A stretch of 16,480 nucleotides of DNA from positions 1 to 16,480 of the forward strand of contig CANQKG010000009.1 in NCBI GenBank assembly GCA_947624425.1, in the 5' to 3' direction. This document shows, piece by piece, positions 1 to 7,677 of the stretch. A program made the position numbers and the translations under genes. Under the pieces are notes generated by a model that saw nothing but the letters and a program-made list of their open reading frames with translations, did no database searches and was not told the origin of the DNA. This DNA is from an uncultured Clostridia bacterium. Its GTDB lineage: Bacteria; Bacillota; Clostridia; Oscillospirales; Ruminococcaceae. Each line of letters begins with the position of its first letter. Position 1 is the first letter of the stretch.

Positions 1-966
1 CCGGGCTATGAGATTGTTGCAATCAACGATCTGACCGATCCGAAGATGCTGGCACATCTGCTGAAGTACGATACCGCTCAGGGCGGATATGCCGGACACA
101 TCGGCGAAGGCAAGCATACCGTTGAGGCCGGCGAGGACAACATCGTTGTCGACGGTAAGAAGATCACCATCTATAAAGAGGCTGACGCTTCCAAGCTCCC
201 GTGGGGAGAGCTTGATGTAGATGTGGTTCTGGAATGCACCGGCTTCTACACCAAGAAATCCAAGGCACAGGCTCATATCGATGCAGGCGCTAAGAAGGTC
301 GTGATCTCCGCTCCGGCGGGCAATGACCTGCCGACGGTCGTGTTCAGCGTGAATGAGAACACTCTGACCAAGGATGACACCATCATCTCCGCGGCTTCCT
401 GCACCACCAACTGCCTGGCTCCGATGGCGAAGGCGCTCAATGACCTGATTCCCATTAAGAGCGGTATCATGAGCACCATTCATGCCTATACCGGCGACCA
501 GATGATTCTGGACGGTCCGCATAGAAAGGGTGACCTCCGCAGAGCGAGAGCAGGCGCGGCGAACATCGTTCCGAACTCCACCGGTGCTGCCAAGGCGATC
601 GGTCTGGTTATTCCGGAACTCAACGGCAAGCTGATCGGTTCGGCACAGCGTGTGCCGGTTCCCACCGGTTCCACCACCATCCTGACCGCTGTGGTCGAGG
701 GCAAGGTGACTGTGGACGAGATCAATGCCGCGATGAAGAAGGCGGCGGAGGCTTCCAACGGTTCCTATGGTTATAACGAGGATCCGATCGTTTCCTCCGA
801 CGTTATCGGCATGACCTACGGCTCGCTGTTCGACGCCACTCAGACCATGGTGATGGAGCTTGACAACGGCACCAGCGAGGTGCAGGTCGTCTCCTGGTAC
901 GACAACGAGAATTCCTACACCAGCCAGATGGTTCGCACCATCAAGTATTTCGCAGAGCTGGGCTAA
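1..966 (+). CDS. gap: Glyceraldehyde-3-phosphate dehydrogenase, type I (5'-partial; N-terminus lies outside the window)
   Basis: Frame 1 is open from nt 1 ([28 protein letters not shown]...). The active-site motif SCTTNCLAP is present and the C-terminus ends ...[25 protein letters not shown] with TAA at 964-966. The ORF-track start at 46 is an internal Met. Confidence 0.93.
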   Translation, partial: PGYEIVAINDLTDPKMLAHLLKYDTAQGGYAGHIGEGKHTVEAGEDNIVVDGKKITIYKEADASKLPWGELDVDVVLECTGFYTKKSKAQAHIDAGAKKVVISAPAGNDLPTVVFSVNENTLTKDDTIISAASCTTNCLAPMAKALNDLIPIKSGIMSTIHAYTGDQMILDGPHRKGDLRRARAGAANIVPNSTGAAKAIGLVIPELNGKLIGSAQRVPVPTGSTTILTAVVEGKVTVDEINAAMKKAAEASNGSYGYNEDPIVSSDVIGMTYGSLFDATQTMVMELDNGTSEVQVVSWYDNENSYTSQMVRTIKYFAELG

Positions 967-984
967 GGCGCTTTGCAAACAGAA

Positions 985-1020
985 AAGAAGTCATGCGATT
1001 TTCGCATGACTTCTTTTTAT
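985..1020 (+). terminator. Rho-independent terminator downstream of gap
   Basis: Perfect 13-bp stem aagaagtcatgcg (985-997) pairs with cgcatgacttctt (1003-1015) around a 5-nt loop, followed by the T-tract ttcttttt. Confidence 0.7.
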
Positions 1021-1101
1021 CCACGCGCGGCCTGCGCTTTTATCTCATGTCATGGACAAAGCGGGAAGCGGGCGGTATGTTAAACCCGGCATGAAAAGGA
1101 G

Positions 1102-2043
1102 ATGGCAGTTGTGGCAAAGATTTATACCTCGGCAGATCAGCTGATCGGAAGAACGCCGCTGTTGGAGCTGACCCATATCGAAAAGGCGTACGATCTCAAG
1201 GCAAAGGTGATTGCCAAGCTGGAATACTTCAATCCCGGCGGCTCGGTGAAGGACCGTGTTGCCAAGGCAATGATCGACGAGGCGGAGAAAAGCGGTCGGC
1301 TGCAGCCCGGCTCGGTAATTATTGAGCCGACCAGCGGCAATACCGGTATCGGGCTGGCGGCGGTCGCGGCGGCAAAGGGGTATCGCGTCATCATTGTCAT
1401 GCCGGAAACGATGTCGGTCGAGCGGCGGCTTCTGATGAAGGCATACGGTGCCGAGCTGGTTTTGACCGAAGGCGCCAAGGGCATGAAGGGCGCAATCGCC
1501 AAGGCGGACGAGCTGGCGGCCGAGATCCCCGGCAGCTTGGTTGCGGGACAGTTTGTGAATCCGGCAAATCCTGCCGCACACCGCGCTCATACCGGCCCCG
1601 AGATCTATGAGGATACTGACGGTAAGGTGGATATCTTTGTCGCCGGAGTCGGCACAGGCGGCACCGTGACCGGCGTTGGGGAGTATCTCAAAGAGAAAAA
1701 CCCGAATGTGAAGATCGTTGCGGTGGAGCCGAAGTCCTCCGCCGTGCTTTCCACCGGTGTGGCGGGCAGTCACGCGATACAGGGGATCGGAGCCGGTTTT
1801 GTGCCGGAGGTGCTGAATACCGGTATTTACGATGAGGTCATTCCCGTGTCGAATGAGGACGCCTTTGCCGCTGCACAATTGATCGGGAAAAGCGAGGGAA
1901 TACTGGTCGGCATTTCTTCCGGCGCGGCGGCTCATGCCGCTGTTGAACTTGCTAAGCGTCCCGAAAATGCGGGCAAGAACATCGTGGTGCTGCTGCCCGA
2001 TACCGGTGAACGGTATCTCTCTACGCCGCAGTTTGTGGAGTAG
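1102..2043 (+). CDS. cysK: Cysteine synthase A (O-acetylserine sulfhydrylase), PLP-dependent
   Basis: 313 aa. Contains the PLP-lysine motif GGSVKDR, TSGNTG and GxGTGGT motifs, and the typical length. RBS aaaggag lies 7 nt upstream of the ATG. Confidence 0.9.
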   Translation: MAVVAKIYTSADQLIGRTPLLELTHIEKAYDLKAKVIAKLEYFNPGGSVKDRVAKAMIDEAEKSGRLQPGSVIIEPTSGNTGIGLAAVAAAKGYRVIIVMPETMSVERRLLMKAYGAELVLTEGAKGMKGAIAKADELAAEIPGSLVAGQFVNPANPAAHRAHTGPEIYEDTDGKVDIFVAGVGTGGTVTGVGEYLKEKNPNVKIVAVEPKSSAVLSTGVAGSHAIQGIGAGFVPEVLNTGIYDEVIPVSNEDAFAAAQLIGKSEGILVGISSGAAAHAAVELAKRPENAGKNIVVLLPDTGERYLSTPQFVE

Positions 2044-2099
2044 GATAAACTCCGCCGCCGGTTTCCGGTGACAAAGCTTTCTGGCAAGGAAGGTAGAAT

Positions 2100-2759
2100 A
2101 TGCAGGATAAGTATGCAAGAACTCGCCTGCTTCTGGGGGAGGCGGGAATGGAAAAGCTGGCGGCCTCCCGTGTTGCAGTATTTGGGCTCGGCGGCGTCGG
2201 CAGTTATGCGGTGGAAGCGCTGGTACGCTCCGGTATCGGTGCGATCGATCTGATCGACCATGATACGGTTTGCGAATCGAATATCAACCGCCAGCTTTAT
2301 GCGACCGAAAAAACAATCGGGCGCTATAAGGTCGATGTGGCAGCAGAGCGGATCAAAGAGATTGACCCAAATATCAAAGTACGGACATATCCTATCTTTT
2401 ATCTGCCCGAAACAGCCGATCGGTTTGATTTTTCGGAATACGATTATGTGGTGGACGCGATCGACACACTGACCGGAAAGCTTGCGTTGGCAGCACAGGC
2501 GGCAGATGCGGGTGTGCCGATCATCAGCTCGATGGGTGCGGGGAATAAGCTTGATCCCACTGCCTTTGAGGTGGCGGATATCTTTGAAACCTCCATTTGT
2601 CCGCTGGCACGGGTGATGCGCCGTGAACTGCGGCGGCTGGGGATCACAAGGCTCAAGGTGGTTTATTCCAAGGAGTGTTTCGTTTGTCCCGTCGGTGGCG
2701 GGATTGATCGTCGCCGGAGAGGTGATCCGCGATCTGACCGGAGTATAGCGCCTGCTTGA
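2100..2759 (+). CDS. tcdA: tRNA threonylcarbamoyladenosine dehydratase (TcdA/CsdL, ThiF/MoeB E1-like family); 3' end appears frameshifted
   Basis: N-terminal Rossmann motif VFGLGGVGSYAVEALVRSG and the region IDHDTVCESNINRQ are typical of TcdA. After ...KVVYSKE (about nt 2675) the annotated frame gives an arginine-rich tail CFVCPVGGGIDRRRRGDPRSDRSIAPA. The +1 frame over 2674-2748 instead reads SVSFVPSVAGLIVAGEVIRDLTGV-stop, which looks like the family's hydrophobic C-terminus. Confidence 0.75.
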   Translation: MQDKYARTRLLLGEAGMEKLAASRVAVFGLGGVGSYAVEALVRSGIGAIDLIDHDTVCESNINRQLYATEKTIGRYKVDVAAERIKEIDPNIKVRTYPIFYLPETADRFDFSEYDYVVDAIDTLTGKLALAAQAADAGVPIISSMGAGNKLDPTAFEVADIFETSICPLARVMRRELRRLGITRLKVVYSKECFVCPVGGGIDRRRRGDPRSDRSIAPA

Positions 2760-2784
2760 ATTTATCCTGCCGATGCGGTATAAT
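2756..2784 (+). promoter_or_regulatory. Sigma-A-type promoter upstream of the DUF362/Isf gene pair
   Basis: TTGAAT (2756-2761), a 17-nt spacer, then TATAAT (2779-2784). The RBS GGGTGG and ATG 2827 lie downstream. Confidence 0.5.
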
Positions 2785-2826
2785 AGCGGTATAATAATGG
2801 TAATAAAAATGAAAGGGTGGTTTGAG

Positions 2827-3659
2827 ATGAAATCAAAGGTCTATTTTTCAAAGACGATCACGCCCGAAAAGGTGACGGAGCTTTACCGTCTGCTGGGAAA
2901 AAGCTTGCCCGGCAAGGTTGCGGTGAAGGTGCATTCGGGCGAGGTGGGGAACCAGAACTTTATCACGCCCGATTTTTGGAAGCCGATGATCGATGCGGTG
3001 AACGGCACCTTTGTGGAGTGCAACACCGCCTATGACGGCGGACGGAATACCACCGAAAAGCATCTGAAAACGCTGTCGCTGCACGGCTGGGATCAGGGCT
3101 TTCCGGTCGACCTGCTTGACGCCGAGGGACCCGATCTGGAGCTTTCGATCCCGCAGGGGAAAATGATCCGGAAAAACTATGTCGGCAAAAATCTTGCAAA
3201 GTACGATTCCATGCTGGTGCTCTCCCACTTCAAGGGCTTTCGATCGGCGTAGCGTCCTCCTACGGCAAGTCCTATATCCACGGCGTGGGTAAGCCGGAGG
3301 ATTTCTGGACCTCGGATCATGATTCTTTCCTTGCCGCCATGGCGGAAGCCGCGTCCTCTGTCATCTCGTTTTTTGACGGCAACCTTGCCTATATCAATGT
3401 GATGAAGAATTTGTCGGTCGACTGCGATTGCTGCGAGGTGGCGGAGGACCCCTGCATGGCGGATATCGGGATCCTTGCCTCGACCGATCCGGTTGCGATC
3501 GATCAGGCGTGTCTCGATCTTGTCTATGCCGCCAAGGACGATCCCGGACAGAAGCATTTTCTGGAGCGGGTGGAAAGCCTCAACGGCGCGCATACCATTG
3601 AGGTCGCTGCCGAAATAGGGTACGGCTCCCGCGAGTATGAACTGATCACCGTAGAATAG
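2827..3659 (+). pseudogene. DUF362-family protein gene (Cys-rich, DCDC motif) interrupted by a short deletion plus frameshift at about 3238-3245
   Basis: Two adjacent ORFs, 2827-3252 in frame 1 and about 3240-3659 in frame 3, together make about 280 aa. That is the size of a single DUF362 protein. The first ORF ends ...LSHFKGFRSA-stop. The frame-3 read continues immediately with SIGVASSYGKSYIHGVGKPEDFW... and has no RBS or ATG of its own (the track start is a GTG at 3285). The likely true start is ATG 2827 (MKSKVYFSK) behind the RBS GGGTGG, not the upstream 2773. Confidence 0.6.
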
Positions 3660-3668
3660 GAGAAAAGC

Positions 3669-4286
3669 ATGAAGGTTTTGATGTTAAACGGCAGTCCGCG
3701 CGCCGAAGGGAACGCCACCCTTGCGCTGCGTGAAATGGAGCGGGTGTTCGCGGAAAACGGGGTAGAGGCGGAAACCGTTCGGGTAGGCTCCAAGGATATT
3801 CGGGGCTGCGTTGCCTGCGGTTACTGCTTTGAACACGGAGAATGTGCGTTTCACGATACCGTCAATGAAATTGCGCCTAAATTCGAGGAATGTGACGGTC
3901 TGGTGGTGGCAAGTCCTGTTTATTATGCGTCCGCCAATGCCACACTGATTGCCCTGCTCGACCGGCTGTTTTACAGCACTCACTTCGATAAGACGATGAA
4001 GGTGGGCGCCAGTGTGGTGGTGGCGCGTCGCGGCGGACTTTCCGCCACCTTTGATGAGCTGAATAAGTATTTCACCATCTGCGGAATGCCGGTCGCTTCC
4101 AGCCAGTATTGGAACAGTGTGCATGGACAAACGCCGGGACAGGCGGCTATGGACGCGGAGGGTCTGCAAACACTGCGGACGCTTGCGCGGAATATGACTT
4201 TTCTGATGAAAAGCATCGCACTGGGGAAAGAGGCATACGGCATTCCTCCGCGTGAGGAGCCGCAGCGTACGAACTTTATTCGGTGA
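3669..4286 (+). CDS. Iron-sulfur flavoprotein (Isf family; flavodoxin-like NADPH-dependent FMN reductase fold)
   Basis: 205 aa. N-terminal MKVLMLNGSPR (the NADPH-dependent FMN reductase signature) and the compact 4Fe-4S motif CxxCxxCx5C (GCVACGYCFEHGEC). The RBS aggag lies 9 nt after the DUF362 stop, so the two are probably co-transcribed. Confidence 0.85.
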   Translation: MKVLMLNGSPRAEGNATLALREMERVFAENGVEAETVRVGSKDIRGCVACGYCFEHGECAFHDTVNEIAPKFEECDGLVVASPVYYASANATLIALLDRLFYSTHFDKTMKVGASVVVARRGGLSATFDELNKYFTICGMPVASSQYWNSVHGQTPGQAAMDAEGLQTLRTLARNMTFLMKSIALGKEAYGIPPREEPQRTNFIR

Positions 4287-4327
4287 ACCGGTTGGGAAAC
4301 CGCACGAACAAAGAGTAACATTCAAAA

Positions 4328-4362
4328 ACAGCCATCTGCGAAAAGCGGATGGCTGTTTTTGT
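4328..4362 (+). terminator. Rho-independent terminator downstream of the Isf gene
   Basis: acagccatc (4328-4336) pairs with gatggctgt (4348-4356), extended by inner cg/cg pairs, followed by tttttgttg. Confidence 0.7.
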
Positions 4363-4402
4363 TGTGATCTATTACAAAATGAAAACATTCACAAAAATGT
4401 TA

Positions 4403-4431
4403 TTGACATTCATATGAATGTATAGTAGAAT
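4403..4431 (+). promoter_or_regulatory. Consensus sigma-A promoter of the DUF1836-NfeD-flotillin operon
   Basis: TTGACA (4403-4408), a 17-nt spacer, then TAGAAT (4426-4431). The predicted TSS is near 4438-4440, upstream of the RBS GAGGGGG and ATG 4457. Confidence 0.65.
4406..4421. promoter_or_regulatory. Perfect 16-bp palindrome ACATTCATATGAATGT embedded in the promoter spacer (candidate operator)
   Basis: The sequence at 4406-4421 is identical to its own reverse complement. It spans the -35 hexamer edge through the spacer towards the -10 box. Confidence 0.55.
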
Positions 4432-4456
4432 GAAGCTGATGAGAGGGGGCGATGCG

Positions 4457-5020
4457 ATGGAAGCGACATTCCCGGGTTCGGTTGTTGTCCGTCATGGGAA
4501 GACGGCAGGCGAATTTTTTGACGGAATGTTTTTTGCGACAAAAGGGTTGATGCTGTTGCAGGTGCGGGAAATTACCGGTTTGGATACGCCCGTTATCCAG
4601 AATTGGGTCAACAGGGGCTGGATCCCAAAGCCGGTGGAAAAGCGGTATTCTGCCAATCATTTGGCGCGGATCATGCTGATCAATATGCTGCGTCCCGTTG
4701 CCAAACTGGAGCACATCGCCCATATTCTTGCTTTTATCAACGGTGATACCGAGAACTTGGCGGACGATATCATTCCGGAAGCCAAACTGTATATTTATGT
4801 CTGTGATATTCTGGATCAGGTCGATTTTGAAACCGTGCTGACCGAGCCGAAGCTGGTCGGGATCATTGAGAAGAGGATCGGAGATTATCAGGAACCGTTT
4901 GACGGTGCAAGGGAAAAGCTGATTCACGGTATCAAGCTGATTTTGATTTATTATGCCGCCGCGGTGGTGAAGGTGCGTGCAGACCGTATGCTGAATTCAC
5001 TTGGACTGGCGGACGATTGA
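4457..5020 (+). CDS. DUF1836-like small HTH protein (MerR-like helix-turn-helix signature), putative regulator
   Basis: About 187 aa from ATG 4457, which sits 8 nt after GAGGGGG. The upstream ATGs at 4418, 4430 and 4439 lie inside or at the promoter. The motif ...REITGLDTPVIQNWVNRGWIPKPVEKRYSANHLARIMLINMLR resembles DUF1836/MerR-type HTH proteins. Confidence 0.55.
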   Translation: MEATFPGSVVVRHGKTAGEFFDGMFFATKGLMLLQVREITGLDTPVIQNWVNRGWIPKPVEKRYSANHLARIMLINMLRPVAKLEHIAHILAFINGDTENLADDIIPEAKLYIYVCDILDQVDFETVLTEPKLVGIIEKRIGDYQEPFDGAREKLIHGIKLILIYYAAAVVKVRADRMLNSLGLADD

Positions 5021-5036
5021 GAAAGGAGAGAAAATC

Positions 5037-5657
5037 ATGGCAAATTGGTGGAATGGTTTAACGCTTTCGGGACAGATTTTTGCTATGATCGCAATTCCGG
5101 CTACAGCGGTCATGCTGGTACAGGCGTTGCTGCTGCTGCTCGGAATCGGTCTGGATATTGACGTGGACGGGGACGGCGTGCCGGACGCCGATATCGACCA
5201 TGACGGACTGGGGCTTATTTCTGTCCGAGGAATCGTGGCGTTCTTTTCGGTCGGCGGCTGGGCAGGCTTTGTTGCCGACGCAGGTGGTCTGCCGATTGCG
5301 GTGTCGGTATTGATTGCGCTTACCGCCGGTGTTTTGGCGCTGATCGGTATTGCGGTGCTTTTCAAAAGCGTATACAAATTACAGGGTGAGGGAAATCTCA
5401 GCATTGAAAACGCAGTCGGTAAGACGGGGAAGGTTTATCTGCCTATTCCGCCGAAAGGGCAGGGACAAGGGAAGATCAATTTGTTGCTCCAGGATCGTCT
5501 GACCGAACTGGACGCCGTTCATGAGGGTGATACCACACTTGTCACGGGCGAAAGTGTCATAGTTCTTTCTGTTGCCGATGCACAGACAGTGGTTGTGCAG
5601 GGCGTCAATACGGAAGATAAAACCATTTATCAAGGAGGAATTTCAAAATGGAATTAG
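5037..5657 (+). CDS. NfeD-like membrane protein (short NfeD/YuaF type, C-terminal OB-fold), flotillin partner
   Basis: ATG 5037 follows the RBS aaaggagag. The track's 5001 start is a TTG overlapping the upstream gene. An N-terminal TM hairpin (IFAMIAIPATAVMLVQALLLLLGIGL; LPIAVSVLIALTAGVLALIGIAVLF) is followed by a beta-rich C-terminus GKVYLPIPPKGQGQGKINLLLQD...LVTGESVIVLSVAD. The stop overlaps the flotillin start. Confidence 0.75.
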   Translation: MANWWNGLTLSGQIFAMIAIPATAVMLVQALLLLLGIGLDIDVDGDGVPDADIDHDGLGLISVRGIVAFFSVGGWAGFVADAGGLPIAVSVLIALTAGVLALIGIAVLFKSVYKLQGEGNLSIENAVGKTGKVYLPIPPKGQGQGKINLLLQDRLTELDAVHEGDTTLVTGESVIVLSVADAQTVVVQGVNTEDKTIYQGGISKWN

Positions 5658-7000
5658 GGGTTATTATTTTAATCACGGTCATCGCACTGCTGCTGTTTAC
5701 CAGCCTGATCGTACTGTTGACGCGCTATCGGAAGTGTCCGTCGGATAAGATACTGGTCGTCTACGGCAAGATCGGACGGAATAAGGACGGCACGCCTCGG
5801 AGCGCCAAATGTATTCATGGCGGCGCCGCGTTTATCATGCCGGTACTGCAATCGTACGAATATTTGGATCTGACGCCGCTGTCCATCTCGGTTGACCTGA
5901 AAAACGCGCTGTCCAAGCAAAACATTCGTATTGATGTGCCGTCCCGGTTTACGGTCGGTATCTCGGTGGAAAACGGCGTCATGCAGAACGCCGCCGAGCG
6001 TCTGCTTGGACTGAAACTGCCTGAAATACAGGAACTTGCCAAGGATATCATTTTCGGTCAGCTGCGTCTTGTCATCGCAACAATGGACATTGAGGAAATC
6101 AATACGGACCGCGATAAGTTTTTGGCAGCTGTCTCCAATAATGTGGAGAGCGAACTGAAAAAGATCGGTTTGCGGCTCATCAATGTGAATGTGACCGATA
6201 TTACCGATGAGTCGGGGTATATTGCCGCACTCGGTAAGGAGGCTGCCGCAAAGGCGATCAACGACGCGAAGATTTCGGTTGCCGAGGCAGACCGTGCCGG
6301 TGATATCGGTGAGGCGAACGCGAAACGCGAACAGCGCATTCAGGTGTCTCTTGCCGATTCGGAGGCAATCAAGGGTGAAAATGAGGCAAGAGCGCAGATT
6401 GCAGAATCCAACGCGACCTTGAACGAGAAGCAGGCGGAGGCGCAGCGGCGTTCGACCGCAGCGGAAAAGATACAGGCGGCAAAGGCTCTGCAGGAATCCT
6501 ACCGCGCCGAGCAGGAAGCCGAGCTTGCCCGTTCGACCCGTGAAAAGGCGACACTGGAAGCGGATGTGATCGTCGAAGCGGAAGCGGAAGCCGAGCAGAT
6601 CCGTCGCCGCGCCAAGGGTGAAGCGGACGCGATCTACGCGAAAATGGAGGCAGAGGCTCGCGGTATGCAGGAGGTACTCACCAAGCAGGCAGAAGGCTTT
6701 GAGAAGATCGTTGCCGCCGCCGGCGGGAATGCCGCTGACGCAATGCGGCTGATGATCGCCGATAAGCTGGAAGAGCTTGTCAAGGTGCAGGTAGAGGCGG
6801 TCAAGAATCTGAAGATCGACAAGGTGACTGTTTGGGACGGTATGAACGGCAAGGACGGCACACCGGCAACCGCGAATTTCCTCGCCGGTATGTTAAAGTC
6901 CATTCCGCCCATGAACGAAATGTTTGAAATGGCAGGTATGGAACTGCCGGAAATGTTAGGGAAAAAGCAGGTAACGCCTGCGGTCGAGGTGACGGAATAG
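5648..7000 (+). CDS. Flotillin-family SPFH/band-7 protein (FloT/YuaG-like)
   Basis: 450 aa. An N-terminal membrane anchor is followed by an SPFH domain, then a long Ala/Glu-rich coiled-coil region with EA repeats (EAEAEAEQIRRRAKGEADAIYAKMEAEA). The ATG overlaps the NfeD stop (ATGGAATTAG), indicating translational coupling. Confidence 0.88.
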   Translation: MELGVIILITVIALLLFTSLIVLLTRYRKCPSDKILVVYGKIGRNKDGTPRSAKCIHGGAAFIMPVLQSYEYLDLTPLSISVDLKNALSKQNIRIDVPSRFTVGISVENGVMQNAAERLLGLKLPEIQELAKDIIFGQLRLVIATMDIEEINTDRDKFLAAVSNNVESELKKIGLRLINVNVTDITDESGYIAALGKEAAAKAINDAKISVAEADRAGDIGEANAKREQRIQVSLADSEAIKGENEARAQIAESNATLNEKQAEAQRRSTAAEKIQAAKALQESYRAEQEAELARSTREKATLEADVIVEAEAEAEQIRRRAKGEADAIYAKMEAEARGMQEVLTKQAEGFEKIVAAAGGNAADAMRLMIADKLEELVKVQVEAVKNLKIDKVTVWDGMNGKDGTPATANFLAGMLKSIPPMNEMFEMAGMELPEMLGKKQVTPAVEVTE

Positions 7001-7050
7001 AAAAAGATTTTTGACAACGGTTCGCTTCCGCCGTTTTAGGAGGAAACAAC

Positions 7051-7677
7051 ATGAAAAAGTATCTGAAATATATCATCATAATTGCTCTGTTGGTGCTGTT
7101 CGATCAGGGAGCAAAGCTGGCTGTTACTCATTTTTACACCTTTGAGGGCGATCCTATGCAGGTCGTCAATACGGTGCATATCCATCCTGAAATCAATCCG
7201 GAAACGTCTTTCGCCGATTTGACGGATATGGTGAGCATTCTTTGTATGGTTCTGTTTTCCTTGGCTCTGATCTACCTCATGTATGCCGCGATCGTGATTG
7301 CAAAAAGGCGCGCCTATCCCGGATTGGTAAGAACACTTTTTGTTCTTTTTCCTGCGCTCTTTATCAATCGGGTGCTCGATCTCTTGATTTGGCATGGTAC
7401 GCTTGATTACATCTGTGTCTCATGGCTGCAGCACATAGAAGAAAACGGTGTTGCCGATCATGCCGTCTGTCACCAGATATTCGATCTGACCGATTTGTAT
7501 TTGACTGTCGCCTTTTTGCTGTTTGTCGTATATCTTATCCTGTTTGTTGTGACCTGTATTCGTTTAGGGAGAAACAAGGAGCAGGAAAAGGAATTTATAC
7601 AGGAGTTCAAGCGCCGCGTCAAAGCGTTTTTCAAAAAACCGATCGGCTTAATGGGAGAAAAGACAGATGAATTTTGA
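7051..7677 (+). CDS. Divergent signal-peptidase-II (LspA)-like polytopic membrane protein
   Basis: 208 aa; RBS AGGAGG lies 7 nt upstream. Motif-by-motif it parallels LspA: FDQGAKLAV against ADQLTKWLV; INRVLDLLIWHGTLDYI against GN.IDR...VVDFI; FDLTDLYLTVAFLLFV against FNIADSSLCVGVMLLF. Both presumed catalytic Asp positions are retained, while the NTGAAW block and the Arg of GNxxDR are lost. It carries an extra periplasmic loop and a basic cytoplasmic tail. Confidence 0.45.
   Translation: MKKYLKYIIIIALLVLFDQGAKLAVTHFYTFEGDPMQVVNTVHIHPEINPETSFADLTDMVSILCMVLFSLALIYLMYAAIVIAKRRAYPGLVRTLFVLFPALFINRVLDLLIWHGTLDYICVSWLQHIEENGVADHAVCHQIFDLTDLYLTVAFLLFVVYLILFVVTCIRLGRNKEQEKEFIQEFKRRVKAFFKKPIGLMGEKTDEF

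Noticed and set aside
966-1101. Possible riboswitch or T-box leader upstream of cysK
   Set aside because: Only about 80 nt remain after the gap terminator. That is too short for a T-box or S-box, and no conserved leader motifs were seen.
1045-2118. A 357-aa minus-strand ORF opposite cysK
   Set aside because: It is antisense to a clearly conserved cysK. Its translation is Arg/His/Leu-rich nonsense with no RBS.
3684-4388. A 234-aa minus-strand ORF opposite the Isf gene
   Set aside because: It is antisense to a well-supported flavoprotein gene. Its 5' end sits on the + strand terminator and its composition is non-protein-like.
5001-5036. Track-proposed TTG start (5001) for the NfeD gene, and the upstream starts 2773 (DUF362), 4418 (DUF1836) and 9722 (MscS)
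   Set aside because: The alternative starts lie inside the upstream gene or promoter elements and lack an SD sequence. In each case an ATG with a well-spaced RBS downstream (5037, 2827, 4457, 9704) is the better start.
7005-7050. TTGACA (7011-7016) plus a weak -10, and a short hairpin aacgg...ccgtt, between the flotillin and LspA-like genes as an internal promoter or terminator
   Set aside because: The putative -10 (ttttag) is poor and would place the TSS inside or after the RBS. The hairpin stem is only 5 bp without a T-tract. Read-through from the operon promoter is more likely.
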